Source: the human T2T-CHM13v2.0 reference genome, Homo sapiens. From it: DNA of 64,000 nucleotides. The notes under the pieces were generated by a model. That model worked only from the letters and a program-made list of their open reading frames with translations, had not been told where the DNA came from and did not search any database. Numbering within the stretch: position 1 is the stretch's first letter; each line of letters begins with the position of its first letter. The stretch lies in NCBI RefSeq assembly GCF_009914755.1, contig NC_060926.1; one strand, written 5' to 3'. Positions 31,601-44,720 of the stretch are shown piece by piece. A program made the position numbers and the translations under genes.

Positions 31601-31706
31601 GTTACACTCTCGGCGGAATCACTTCCAAGTCAAATTGGAAATTGACTGTTAGCCACCCATCACTCTGGTTTGAGAAAGCTGGTGGGATAGTTTACATGCA
31701 TGGCAT

Positions 31707-31725
31707 TAGCGCCATCTAGTGGTGT
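31707..31725 (-). promoter_or_regulatory. Strong CTCF motif (reverse)
   Basis: Minus strand reads ACACCACTAGATGGCGCTA, near-consensus CTCF core, preceded by GCAGT resembling the upstream motif. Confidence 0.7.
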
Positions 31726-31784
31726 GTTACTGCCTACGCTTCCTTACGGAATTCTCTCTTCCAGTACCTTTGAATGGCCACTTA

Positions 31785-32060
31785 ATTTATTCATTTTATT
31801 CAACAAGCATTTATTGAATGCCTACTGTGTGCCAGACACTGATTTGGCAGCTGAAGCTACAACAGTGAACAAGATAGATCATGGTCCCTGCCTTTAGGGA
31901 GTTTGTGGTCAGGTGGGAAGATAGAAATAAAATAATTACTGAAATAAAATTTGAATTCAACTTATGAAAAGCACTATGAAAGAGTACAGTAGCCTGTGAG
32001 TTTATAATAAGGCTTCCCTAGGGAAGTGACATTAAAGGTAAGAAGCATAGAATCCAGTCA
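31785..32060 (-). mobile_element. L2 3' end
   Basis: ttattcaacaagcatttattgaatgcctactgtgtgccagacact... Confidence 0.75.
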
Positions 32061-32199
32061 GGAGACCACATCAGGCAGGTAACAGCTGCCCAGCGGCACC
32101 TCCCTGGACACATTTACCCCATCAGGATCAGGAACCTGCCAGTCTGTCAGGAGCTCCCATCTTGAACTGAGGCCTGTTTCATCAATCATCTAATGTCTA

Positions 32200-32375
32200 T
32201 CACATCCCACTCTGTGCAAGTCACTTTACGTACGCCACTGCGGACTTTCTCATGTTATCCTTTTACAGGCGATGTGCAATGAGGTTAAGTAACTTGTACA
32301 AGGACATAAAACGGCATGTCAGAGTCAAGATTCACACCAGATCTTTCTGCTCACAGCGCCCATGCTCTTTCCTCT
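32200..32375 (-). mobile_element. MIR
   Basis: ccttttacag...gaggttaagtaacttgtacaagg...agagtcaagattcacacccag-like. Confidence 0.65.
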
Positions 32376-33139
32376 ACTGAAGCTGTCTCCCAGATGCCAA
32401 GCCCAGATCTCTTTATTCTGCATTATGCTGCTTGCCTTGACAGAAAGGAAACCATTAGAAGTGCTTGGGGAGAACGAAAATGCAGAGGGAGGGCGGGAAA
32501 ATTAAATAACAGCCCAGTGGGTCATGTGTGAAGGGCAGAGAGGAAACTGCTGACTTGGCTAGTTATGTTCTTCTGGTGTGATTTTAGGAAAGTAAACCCA
32601 AGAGATCCCTTTCATCAGGAAAGAGAGTATCCCTAATAATGTTGCTTATACTCTTGTGGTTTAAAATGTGTTGCAGCTGCTGCTAAATTGAAATGATTTG
32701 GGGGATCATTTGGAGAAGAGAGGTTATCCTCTGGAAATCTATAGGAAGTTGCAAGGATTAATAACCACTAAGGAGCAGAACATTGCTGGGTCAGAAAATA
32801 GCTGCAGGACTTAGAGGTTTTCTGCAACACAGGACTTTCAGCTTCAAAACTGGGACATTCTCATGGCAAACTATGGCGATTGGTCACCTGGCAGTGAGCC
32901 AGACTGGGAGGATCTGATGTACCCATGGAAGTTAGGCCGAAACACTTATTGAAATCTGGGGTCAATTTGAGGCCTTGGCCACAGACCAATGCAGAAAAGG
33001 TGGGCAAAGCGTGGTACAACAAGTACCTTGGTACTCAGTCCCTAGATTACCAACCTAGAGCACCTGCTGTAGGCCTTGCATGCAGAATTAGTTGGCCCCA
33101 GTTCTGAGGGAGGGCTCAGGCAGAGGACAAGAATGATCA

Positions 33140-33280
33140 CAGAATCAGGCCACTCTGTGCTTCAGCTTCCTTATCTGCAAAATTGGATAAATAGCAGCAC
33201 TTTGTGCCTAAAACTGCATGTGAGATCTGTTAGTTAATATGTGTAAAGTGCTCAGAATGGTGCCTGGTCCATATGAATAT
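33140..33280 (+). mobile_element. MIR 3' part
   Basis: ctctgtgcttcagcttccttatctgcaaaattggataa...taaagtgctcagaatggtgcctgg. Confidence 0.7.
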
Positions 33281-33440
33281 AGGAAGTATCACCATGGAAT
33301 TCTCAGGAAGAGAAACAGGTGTGTGGCCCTGGCTGGATCATGTCTATGATAGCTCAGTTTTCCATCTGTAAAATGAAAATCAAAGTCCCTGCCAAAGCTT
33401 TCAGAAGAAACAGAACAAGACACAGTCAACAAGGAAAGAA

Positions 33441-33511
33441 GTCACAGATAGTAGGTAGGAACTTGTGCTCTGAAATCAAACCCCCTGGATTACATCCAGC
33501 TCTGCCTCTTA
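33441..33511 (+). mobile_element. MIR 5' half
   Basis: gctctgaaatcaaaccccctggattacatccagctctgcctctta aligns to the MIR 5' part. Confidence 0.6.
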
Positions 33512-33525
33512 GATGTTCATTTATT

Positions 33526-33766
33526 TATCTGCCATACCCCAGCCACCACCGCAAGACCCAAGAAACCAGGGTTGAAATGCCAGGCACCAAAGCTGCTGCA
33601 GCCATCATCCAAACCCTCCACACAGACCAGTCACTGGCCCCAGTCACTGGCCCAAGGCAGGGTGGAGCATCCAGACAAGGTGGGGAATGGAATTTGCCCA
33701 ATAATGGATGCCAATGATTTGAGGAAGACAGCAGCCAAGGGAGAAATGGAAATGCAAACCAGGTAC
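33526..33766 (+). repeat. Left arm of ~240-bp inverted duplication
   Basis: Hand alignment to the reverse complement of 35184-35420 gives ~90% identity. Confidence 0.95.
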
Positions 33767-33777
33767 AAACACCAATG

Positions 33778-33928
33778 GGCCCGGCGCTGTCCTGAGCACT
33801 TTATGCATTAGTTCATCTAGTTCTCCTGGCAGTCTTATGAAGTAGGCACTGTTATTCACCCCATTTTACAGATGAAGAGACTGGGGCGCACAGTGGCTAT
33901 AACTTGCTCAACTCACAGAGCGAGCCAG
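33778..33928 (-). mobile_element. MIR 3' half (antisense)
   Basis: ccccattttacagatgaagagactgggg...taacttgctcaactcacagag. Confidence 0.75.
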
Positions 33929-33929
33929 A

Positions 33930-34062
33930 ACTCTGGGCAAGTTTGTTGACATTTCTAGTCCCTAGTTCCTCTCAAAAGAATGAGGGTAATAAGTTATGAC
34001 ATCTCCTCATAGATTTGTTATGCAGATTAGATGGGATAGTCTATACACAGCACTTAGCAAAG
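33930..34062 (+). mobile_element. MIR 3' half
   Basis: ctgggcaagtt...ctcctcatagatttgtt...cagcacttagca. Confidence 0.65.
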
Positions 34063-35183
34063 GATCAGAAACATTTTAAGCACTCATACTTAAACCCAAA
34101 GTCACTCACTAGGTAATTGGCGTGATAAGATACATGGGCTATAATTACCAAAAATATAGCTGGTAATTTAAGAAAATGGCCAAATGTGCAAGGTAGTAAA
34201 AGTCTAGGGTGGGGCAGGGGACATAAAATACCATAGGAACTGAGGAACAGGGGGTCAGGTCTGAAGAATCTGTTTTGCATGAGACACTTTGTAGGCCTTT
34301 GGAGAGAAATTGTGAGGAGGACTTGAAGGACGGACAGTTGGCCCCCAAACTCCAGGCTTTCACTCCCTGAACTAAGAGGGACCTTGAGCAAGCCTTCACC
34401 TCTGGGAAGAAGCCCTCAGCAGCCCAGATAGGAGAGCTGAGGTGTCTGGAAAAGCCCACACCGAGGCCCAGGGCTGGGCCAGTTATGGAAGGCCATCAGT
34501 GCAGCCCCGTCTTGACTCCTGCTGCAGAAAGACTGGGCAGGGCCGCAGCTCCAGCCCATGTTCCAGATTTCTGCCATGACCACCCTCCTGCGTGCCAGCT
34601 TGAAACCACTGTTTGTTGACATGATCTCCCTGACTTCATCCATTTAGATCATCTTTGGCTCACTGACCTCAGCCCACTCCCTTCACCTGCTCTATTATTT
34701 TATTGTGACCCCTGATTCCAGGCAAGACATTCCATTCACTCCATCAGCCCCAATCTGGGAACCTTGTCAGCAAAGAGGATTGGCCAGGGATGAGGAATTG
34801 TGGTGAGGTGAAAGGAATATCTCTGATAAGAGATGTAGCAATGCTACTCACTAATAGCTCTAGATTCTTGGCAAATGCCTAGGAACTCACCCCACATTTT
34901 TCAGCAGAGGGTGTATTAGCTGCATTTTGGAAACCTATTAAGAGTTGTAATTAGCAGCAGGGAGAGAACAAGAACTCTTCTCTAGGGCAAGTGATAACAG
35001 CAGTAAGCATTGAGTGGACAGTGATCATCCAGCCAAGCCATGATACCTTTCCTCCTCTTCCACCTCTTAAAAAGAGACTGGAGCTGTGCTCTCAGGCTCA
35101 GGGAATTCTACCTGACTGTACTGCTTTGCCTCCAGATGGATTCCCTCTCCTGAGCCCTTTCAGGTAGACGGCTGCATTGGACA

Positions 35184-35420
35184 GTACCTGGTTTGCATTT
35201 CCATTTCTCCCTTGGCTGTTGCCTTCCTCAAATCACTGGCATCCATTATCTGGCAAATTCCATTCCCCTCTTGTCTGGATGCTACACCCTGCCTTGGGCC
35301 AGTGCCTAGCGGCCCCTGGCCTGTGTGGAGGGTTTGGATGATGGCTGCAGCAGCCTTGGTGCCTTGCATTTCAACCCTGGTTTCTTGGGTCTTGAGGTTG
35401 TAGCTGGGATGTGGCAGGTG
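35184..35420 (-). repeat. Right arm of ~240-bp inverted duplication
   Basis: Reverse complement of 33526-33766; shared peptide strings in ORFs 35160..35525(-), 33319..33717 and 33572..33811. Confidence 0.95.
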
Positions 35421-36614
35421 GAACCCAACAAGGAGATTTACCTCCAATGGTAAGGAGGGGTTTCTGTGCGAGGAAATGAGCACCTGGGAACCCAGGCGGC
35501 CAAAGGTGATTGAATTGTTCCGCACAAACTGGGTTACCCCTCAGGGCTGATGTGGCCTGGAGAGACACCCCTAAAGTCATCATGTGCCTCTAAGATTTCG
35601 CTAGGAAAGTTTCCAAGAAAAGGCTAGATTTCCATTGGGCTTGAAAGGTGAGCCACCCACACTGGGCGCTCAGGTCTGCATTTCTGCTCCAGTGTTCCCT
35701 CAGTCCAATTTTACACAGCAGTAACACCCTCTTCCCCTCATGTTCTGTTGTGTTCTGCAGATCCTACAGGGGAACATCATGATAATGAAACCTTTGTGTT
35801 TTCCATGGCTGCTACAAAAAGACCAGATCAAACATTTTATGACACTTTTGTTTTTGTGTTTCTGTATGCTGCATGTGAAAATATCTATTACACAAATCAA
35901 GCACTCTGCTTTCCATTGCCAAGCATCTTTGGCACAAGAGCTGTAATAAGAAGTGTAATGAACATAAAACAGTTTTTAGAATCACTCCTTTGGTAGCTGG
36001 TATATGAAGCTGACAAGGCCCCCTCTGCCAAAGCTGCAGAAGGTCGGGCATATCCTTCCCTTAGCTCATATGGCTGCAGAGGAAGGAGGTGTCTTTCTTT
36101 GGGCTTCATCGCCAGGCAACCCACACACTTTGATGCTCACCTGTCTGCCTTGGGGGACTGGAGTTGAATGACTGCTTGTTTTGCTCCTGGGATCTGTGGG
36201 CTCCACAGTCGTCCCAGGCCTCCTTGCTTAATCGGACTCCCACCCATGGCATCTGAGTAGTTCCTCTTCTGGTCCTGTCACTATCATCTCCCTTTCTCTC
36301 TCTCAAGGCCTGTCCTTCTGTAGTACATCTTTTTAATAACTGGTAAGAGTCTCCTCCGACCTTCCCTTTGGAGACCTTTTCTCTTCAGTCAATCCCCGCC
36401 CCACCCAATCCCATCCCTTGTTCTCAGCGTCCTGCTCACAATCCCTTTTACTATGCCACTGACTTACCCAGACTGGCTAGGACATCTCTATTTGCATTGC
36501 ATTGCAATATGGACTGAGGTGAGCTTGCCTATGAAATCAGCTGTGAACTTATTTTTTGTTAACTGTGATTTTAAAGGGCAGGGAGGAGAAAATGAATACT
36601 GAGGGAAGGAAAGG

Positions 36615-36940
36615 AGACCTAACATTTATTGAGTCCTTGGAGTTCTTGAGATAGATGCCTCATACACGTTAACTTATGCATCCTCACAATGATCTTGGGA
36701 GGTGTTATTTACTCCATTTTACAGAGGAGGAAATGGAGGTTAAATCACTTACACAGGCTGGGCACGGTGACTCACGCCTGTAATCCCAGCACTCTGGGAA
36801 GCCAAGGCAGGAGGATTGCTTGAGCCCAGGGGTTTGAGACCAGCCTGCCTCTACAAAAAAATAATAAGTTTTTAAAAATCACTGCCCAAAGTTCCAAAGC
36901 TAGTCAACAAAGAAACCGGTTACAAATTTGCTCTTCATTT
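36615..36940 (-). mobile_element. MIR interrupted by a + strand Alu monomer (36756-36866)
   Basis: aacatttattgag...ccattttacagaggaggaaatggagg [FLAM] cactgcccaaagtt. Confidence 0.7.
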
Positions 36941-38525
36941 AGTGTAAAAATCAATGAAACTTTTCTGAATGTTTCAGTCTTTAAAAAAAAAAAAAACATG
37001 AAGCATGCCATCCAATGAGCTGTGTGACCTGGGGCAAGTCAGTGGACCTCTCTGGGCTATAGTTTGAACATCTTTAATGTCAGGAGCCTGTGCTAGAAGG
37101 TCCTAACTCCTACAAGCTTTTAACCCAGGCTGTAATTGCCCTTGGGACTTCTTCACATCCAGTCCAAATCTTTAAAGAACCCAAGTCATGCTAACAAGAA
37201 ATAAATGACTAACACTCTGGGAGCGCTAATCAGGAGCACTTCAGGAATTCCCTTCCTTTTTCCTGCCAGGCAGCAGTTTCACAGCCATTCTCCAGCTCTC
37301 CTAAATCAGGATCTGTGGGTGGACAGGAGGATGAGAAACACAGTGCTAAAGGGGCCTGGGTTTCTATGTCACCACCCCTGCCTACTCTCTGCCGCAGCCA
37401 CTGTAGCCAGCGTGCCTCCACCTGGCTGTCTTTCCCTACACAGCCCGCATGCCCCCCATAGCTGGCTGCACTATGGGAAGGACTGATCCCCACCAGACAA
37501 GCTGGACTTTCCTGGCCTCCCTTGCACCCTGGGAGATCCTTGTCCATGTGGGGGAAATAAGATTATATTTATTAAAAACAATATAATTTATAGCTTCCGT
37601 GTACACACCTTGAAATTCCTGGGGCCATAAACTGGAAGGGCATTTCTTTAATCCCTGCAATTTACAGTTTTTACTCACCTGGCTTAGGTGGGGGTAAGAA
37701 TCACACACATACATACCTGTTCACACATACACACATATGTATATGCACGTGTGTATACTGACTCTCTCCTTGGGATTTGCTAAGCCTCTCACATGAAGCC
37801 TCAACAGCCCTAGGGAACTGTGCTCAGGTCTCTGATTCCGCTGGAGCTTGCCAGCATTCCAGGGCCAAGTCAAGACTTTTGTAAATTGCTGAGAACTGAA
37901 TTCTGACCTGGGAGCAAAGAGTGGACAAAGAATGGCACAGAGATGCCAAGGAAGCTGAGTTCAGGAGGGAAAGTGAAGCCTGCCCCACTCACCATGCTTG
38001 TCCTCTTCTCCCCAGCCTCCCAAACCCCAGCCCCTACACACACACCCGAAAAGAGGATTCAGCAACTGAATATGAGAGGGACAGACCTGGTGGAAGGCTT
38101 TGGTACCTGTGAAACTGTGCCCAGTTATTGATCTAGAGATTGACCACCAGAGGCAGTGTTATCATTTAAGACGAGTTTCCTTTGGCACTCACCATATCTT
38201 ACAGCTTCTCCTATTTGTTCTTGTCCCAATCCTCTTCCGGCCCCCATCCAAGAAGCTCTGTGCAATTCAGCTAAATTTGTAGGACACTACTCCAGTTAGC
38301 ACTGTGCTTAGGAATACAAAGTCCTTCTGGTACCAGGTCTGTTGCAAGATCTTGCACTTCTCAAGGTCACAGACTTGACAAGAACACTTGACTATGTTCT
38401 TGCTCCAACTTACAGAAACTGGAATGATGCAAGAAAGATGATGACAAGCTCATGCTCAAATAAAATGCCTGGGTCTTTCATCAAAACAGTGGCCAAGAAG
38501 CACATATTTGTACATTTTAAGTTAA

Positions 38526-38952
<427 letters not shown>

Positions 38953-39750
38953 TAGTTTGTAAAGGACTACAGAGACACTGTGCTGAGCACCCTGGAAGGG
39001 TGGGGCTTGAGCCAGGCTGATGGACACGTGGGAGGACCAGGCTGGGGAAGGACTTGGGGCATGAACTTCTGTCTGGATGTAGCACCAAGTGGGACAGGGT
39101 CGGGGGTCAGGGAGATTGGATTGGCCAGAGCACAGGAACTTGCAAAGAAATACACAACAGGACATAGGTAGGATAGAGAAGAGGCAAAAATATGTAAGTA
39201 GGCACCAGTTAGTGTAGCACATGATTTCATATACTGTATATACTTTAGTTTAATCATAGCAACCATGTGAGAAGAGTACTATATCTTGACTTTCAGTTGA
39301 GGATTAGGCCCCAAAAAGGCTGCTGATACAACAGTACTTAATTTCAGGTGGGGCTAGGGACAGTGGTTCCCCAGCCTCTGACAGGGTTCGTCAAAGATTA
39401 TTTATTTGCTTAATCTGAGCTACTTAGTGGTAAAGCCTAGATTCCATCCACCTTTTGTCTCCAGGCCTAGTGAATGCTCTTTTCATTTTACCTCACCTAC
39501 CTAGTTACTACCATATTAACTTGCTAAAAATATTCTATGAAATGGATTCTATCTGCAAATAAATGTAAATAATATATGTGTCTTGCTGAAGAAGAATAAA
39601 ATAAGCACTTGCGGCCCCACCACTCAATTTAAGGCATAGAATATTACCACCGCTATCGAAGGTAGCGTGAAGGTCACCCTTCAGAGGCGACCATGATGCT
39701 GAAATGTCTGCTGATGACTCCTTTACCCTTTACAATGTTGCCACATACAT

Positions 39751-40472
39751 CTGCTGAATAATTTCCATTTGCCCTTTCAGCTCCGTCTCCAGGCTTCTCC
39801 ATACTGCCGTGTGTCCCATGAGGCTGGCCCATCTGGACTGCACCAGGGAGCTCCCTTGATCCTTGGCTTCCTGGTGGGTTTGGCCAAAGTGAAACACTGA
39901 CAGGAAAGCAGAGGATGAGAATGAGGCCAGGGTGTCTGCTCCCCTGCTCCCTCTCTGCTGGGGCACCCACCATGAATCGGTGGCATTCATCTACCAAGGT
40001 CACTCTTGGTTCTGGCAGGTAGCCTTCTCCACCCTGCAGCCCTTTCCCTGCCCTCCCCAGCTCCTTCAGGTCTAGTGATGGTAAAGCTTCCTGGCTGCTC
40101 TGCCAGCCCTAGGGTGCTGAACCATTCCCTGGTGGTTTCCCAAACCTAGTGTTTCTTAATCATTTTTAAAAATCATGACTCCCCTAAATACCCTTTTCAG
40201 ACTTTTTCCCCCAATCATCTCCCTGCCATGAAATTTTAATACCACACATATACCGTTGATCTATTTATGTACTGTAGATATCTTTGTGTTTTATATATGA
40301 CAAGAATACTATATTTTGCTCACTAAGAAGCAATTTCACCCCTTGAGGGTGATACTGCCTTATTAGGAATGTATACCCTAACCCAACTTATATTTTGTAG
40401 TTCCCTCTAATACATTCTCTTTAGTCACCCATTTCCAGTGTGCTATCTCTTTCTTGCCAAGACACTAACATA
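39751..40472 (+). mobile_element. LTR33-like ERVL LTR, interrupted (~40148-40380) by a probable DNA-transposon relic
   Basis: ttccatttgcccttt...ggcttcctggtgggtttggccaa...cccctgctccctctctgc and terminal gtgtgctatctctttcttgcca resemble LTR33. Confidence 0.6.
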
Positions 40473-41617
40473 TATAACAATATGTTATGCAACATATTGT
40501 TATAGTATATATATTAGTTAAACATATAGTGAATAATATAACAATATACTGTGTCCATAAACAATATTTTAGTTCTGTCAGGTTTTTATCTTTAAGTGAA
40601 GGAACACAGTATATTTTTCTTTTTCTTGGCCCTTGTCAATATTTGTGAGATTCACCCATATTGAAGCATGTAGTTATTGTTCATTTTTACTGCCATATGG
40701 TATTGCATTGGATGAACATATACAAATTTACAAGTTTGTTTAGTGGTGGGGATGGATATTTGGGTTGGTTATTTTGAACACATGGCACAAAACATTCTTG
40801 TACGTATCTTTTGGTAAAGACATAGATATACATATACATAATATACACCTACATATACATATACAGAGTCTCTAGGGTACCAACCTGGGAGTAAAATTGC
40901 TGTATTGTAGGGTATGCCTATTTTTCTCCTTACTAGAAAATGCCAAATTGTTTTCCTGTAATGATACCAACTTATTTTCATACCAATAGGATTTGAGAGT
41001 TCTGGTTGCTCCACATTCTTTCCAGCATTTGTTATTGCTGGACTTTTTAAATTTTTGCCTGTCTGGTAGGTATGGAAAAGGTATTTCATTGTAGATTTGA
41101 TTTTCGTTCTGCTTATTACTGATAGGTTGAGCATCTTTCCACTTCTTCACTGCCCATTTGGTTTTCTTTTCTGTGAATGCCAGTTTGTGTCTTTTGTCCA
41201 CTTTCCTATTGCAGTGTTTCATTTTTTCTTATTGATTCATTGGTTTCCTTCATATATTCTAGATGTTAACCCTTTGCCAGTTACATAAACTGCAAATAAT
41301 TTTTCCCAGATTGTGGCATGTCTTTTCACTATTTTAAAAATGAATTGTGATGAATATACATTTAAAATTTTAATGGAGAAAATGTATTAACCATTTCCTT
41401 TCTGGTTTGTGTCTTTTGTGACTTATCAGAGACATTCTTTCCTATGCTGAATTCCTAAAGTTTTTCTGTAGTTTCTTTTAAAAGATATTTAAAATTGTGC
41501 CTTTTACATTTAAGTTTCATTTTTTTGTATATGGCAGGGATTCATTTTTTTTCATATTCATGGAAACCAAGTTTCCAGTGTCATTCATTGAATAGACTAT
41601 CAGCCCCGTTGCCCATC

Positions 41618-41654
41618 TATCTTTCTTTCTTTCTTTTTCTTTCTTTCTTTCTTT

Positions 41655-41694
<40 letters not shown>

Positions 41695-41785
41695 TTCTTT
41701 CTTTCTTTCCTTCCTTCCTTCCTTCCTTCTTTCTTTCTCTTTCTTTCTTTCTCTCTTTCTTTCTCTTTCTTTCTTTCTTTTTTTT
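41618..41785. repeat. (TTTC)n/(TTCC)n polypyrimidine microsatellite (expanded Alu tail)
   Basis: Read directly from the sequence. Confidence 0.95.
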
Positions 41786-42069
41786 AACAGAGTCTCACTC
41801 TGTTGCCCAGGCTGGAGTGCAGTGGCATGAACATGGCTCACTGCAGCCTCAACCTCCCCAGCCTCAGGCAATCCTCCCACCTCAGGCTCCCAAGAAGCTG
41901 GAACTACTGGCACCCACCACCACACCTAGCTAATTTTTGTATTTTTTGTAGAGACCGAGTTTCACCATGTTGCCCAGGCTGGTCTTGAACTCCTGGGCTC
42001 AAGCGATCCACCCCCACCTCAGCCTCACAAAGTGCTGGGATTACAGGTGTGAGCCACCACGCCCAGCCC
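41786..42069 (-). mobile_element. Alu (AluJ-like)
   Basis: Antisense dimeric Alu body. Confidence 0.9.
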
Positions 42070-42111
42070 CGCTTGCCCATCTTTACTGCCTCCTCTGCCA
42101 CGTGTTTATAA

Positions 42112-42497
<386 letters not shown>

Positions 42498-44253
42498 CAC
42501 AGTTCCCATTTCTATAGCTTAGAAATAAGTCTTGATATCTGCCAGGATAAGTCCTTTTTTCTTCTTTAGAAGTATCTTGTCTATTCTTTGCTGTTAACTC
42601 TTCCCTGTGAAATTTTTTAAATGATTTATCAGATTCCAAAAAGGGCCTGAGCAGGCAGTGTCATGGGTAAACAGCAAGGGCAGGGATGAGCATCTACGTG
42701 CAGATCAATAATGCCGGTGCAGCAATGCTGGGGCAGAGTAGGGGCCAGACCATGCAAAGCAGTGTCAGAGACCACAGCACGTCTGCAGTCCAGGGCAAGG
42801 CCACCCCATGTAGGTAGGCTCAGCCAATGTCAAAACATGATGGGTGGCAGTCTCTGCTTACTATTATCCTAGTGGCCCAAGGACATCACAAAGGTACTAA
42901 ACCTTTATCATAAGCCTCCTTTGGGAGGTTTATTAAGGAAATGGAATTATTTATTCTGAAATTGGAAAAAAGCTAGGAAGGACTTAATTGTTAAATATTA
43001 CGCTAGGCTAAGAAGATAAGTGAAAATGGAAAAGAGGCCAGATTTGGGAATTCAGACTCACAGGGATCAATTAGTATCACAAAGAGACAAACCTAGCTGA
43101 ATCCATAGCTCCAGCCTGCTTTTTCCCAAAGGGAATTTAGGTGGTTTCAGTACAAATCCATGTTCATTACTGGGGTTTATTTTAGTTGTTTGGTTTTGTT
43201 GTTCATTTAAGATAACACTTATTGAGCTTTTACTATGGGCTGGGCTTTCTTCTAAGCATTTAATATGTATTAACTTATTTCCATGCCCCCTGCCAACCCA
43301 AATCAACTCAGAGTATGTATCCAACAGATGATTGATCGGTTGGCATATTTCCCATAGCAATAAATCACTGAGGAAAGGTGAAGAATTCCCTTTATGTGTA
43401 GACCTTTGACAACCACTCCTCAAACTGGGCTTTTGAACATTTTCCTTGCGGATCTTGTTTATTTGGCCTGAATGGAAAAATGTAAAGCTAGGAGTCAGGT
43501 TATATCATTTAAAAACAAAAACCAGACAGGATCATGGTGACCATATCTTCTCCGAGGGGAGGCAGGCAGAAGGAAGGGGATGAGCAGGAAGATAAATATT
43601 CTACAACAGACTGGGAGGAGTAGCCATTCTATCCTCCACAGAGGTTTCTTGAACAAGGAAGACTTGGCCCCTTGCTGCGGGCCAGGAAGTCCATGGTATC
43701 AGATGCCAAGCATTGGCATCAAGGAATTCCCAACAAGAAGGCAGCCGCCTCAAATCCTTTGTGGAGCAAGGCAGGTTATAAATAGATCTATAAATTTTTT
43801 TAACCAGAAGGCAACAGGCTTAGCACAGCTATTCTTCCCTTTCGGTTCTCCTCCCTGCATCGCTTTGCCTATTAAATCCCTGCTACCAGGCAGAGCCATC
43901 TGCGTGTCAGCCAATCCACTGCCGCAGCCTCAGGAGAGCCAGGATGGAAACTGGCTTCTATTACGACTTCAGGTTGTGACCTTGCTTGTGGAAAAAGTAA
44001 ATCTTCCTATCTTACCTCTGGCTAATTGGGCAGGAGGTAGAAGAGACAAGAATTTATTGTACACTTTGCCTCCTGCTGGCTAGAACGCTAATGTAGCCCT
44101 TGCAGAGGCAGGCTCTGGTTTCAGGGACAGGCTGAGGAGAAAGAAGCTGTGGGCTGGGTCTCTGGTACATGCAGCCAAGACCTGCTCATGGGGCTTTTAA
44201 CTGCAAGATTTTAGAAGATGGGTTGTCTTACTGGCCAAGTTATATGTGGCTTG

Positions 44254-44255
<2 letters not shown>

Positions 44256-44291
<36 letters not shown>

Positions 44292-44303
44292 AGAGAGAGA
44301 GAG
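44256..44303. repeat. (TG)n followed by (GA)n microsatellite
   Basis: Read directly; about 16 TG units. Confidence 0.95.
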
Positions 44304-44374
44304 AAGACTTAGAGAAACGGAGAGATTGATTTCATCTCTCCTAACAGATGATGACTTAGAAATTATTTAGCCTA

Positions 44375-44560
44375 TTGAGTCTCCAACCTTGTTGTAGATC
44401 AGAACCCCCAGAGGCATGTTAAAGCACAGGTTACTGGGTTCCACCCCCAGAGTTTCTGATTCAGTTGGTCTGGGGCAGGGCCCGATCATTTACATTTCCC
44501 ATATGCTCCCTGGTGACACTGGTGCTGCCAGTCTGAGGATCACATTTTGAAAACCAGTGA
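44375..44560. mobile_element. MER5A-like DNA transposon
   Basis: ctgggttccacccccagagtttctgattcagttggtctgggg...cacattttgaaaaccagtg. Confidence 0.75.
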
Positions 44561-44562
44561 TT

Positions 44563-44720
44563 TAATCTAACCTCCTGATTTCAAAAATGAGGAAACTGAA
44601 GCCCAAAAGCCCAACAGTTAATGAAAATACATGCTCAGGCACCCACAACTGGTTACTGGCTAAAGCCAGACTAGAACAGGGACTTCTGGACTCCTAATCT
44701 GGTGCTTTCTCCACCACATC
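44563..44720 (-). mobile_element. MIR
   Basis: atgaggaaactgaagcccaaa...agccagactagaac...gtgctttctccac. Confidence 0.7.

Noticed and set aside
35160-35525. 121-aa ORF across the right inverted-repeat arm, with a paralogous peptide at 33.5 kb
   Set aside because: GTG start, no recognisable domain, and the other copy is frameshifted; the similarity only reflects the DNA duplication
38141-38158. CTCF-like TGACCACCAGAGGCAGTG
   Set aside because: One base short in the core (AGAGGC rather than AGRKGGC), which breaks motif spacing
43580-44083. 167-aa ATG-initiated ORF
   Set aside because: No recognisable homology or supporting gene structure; an ORF of this length can arise by chance in 64 kb
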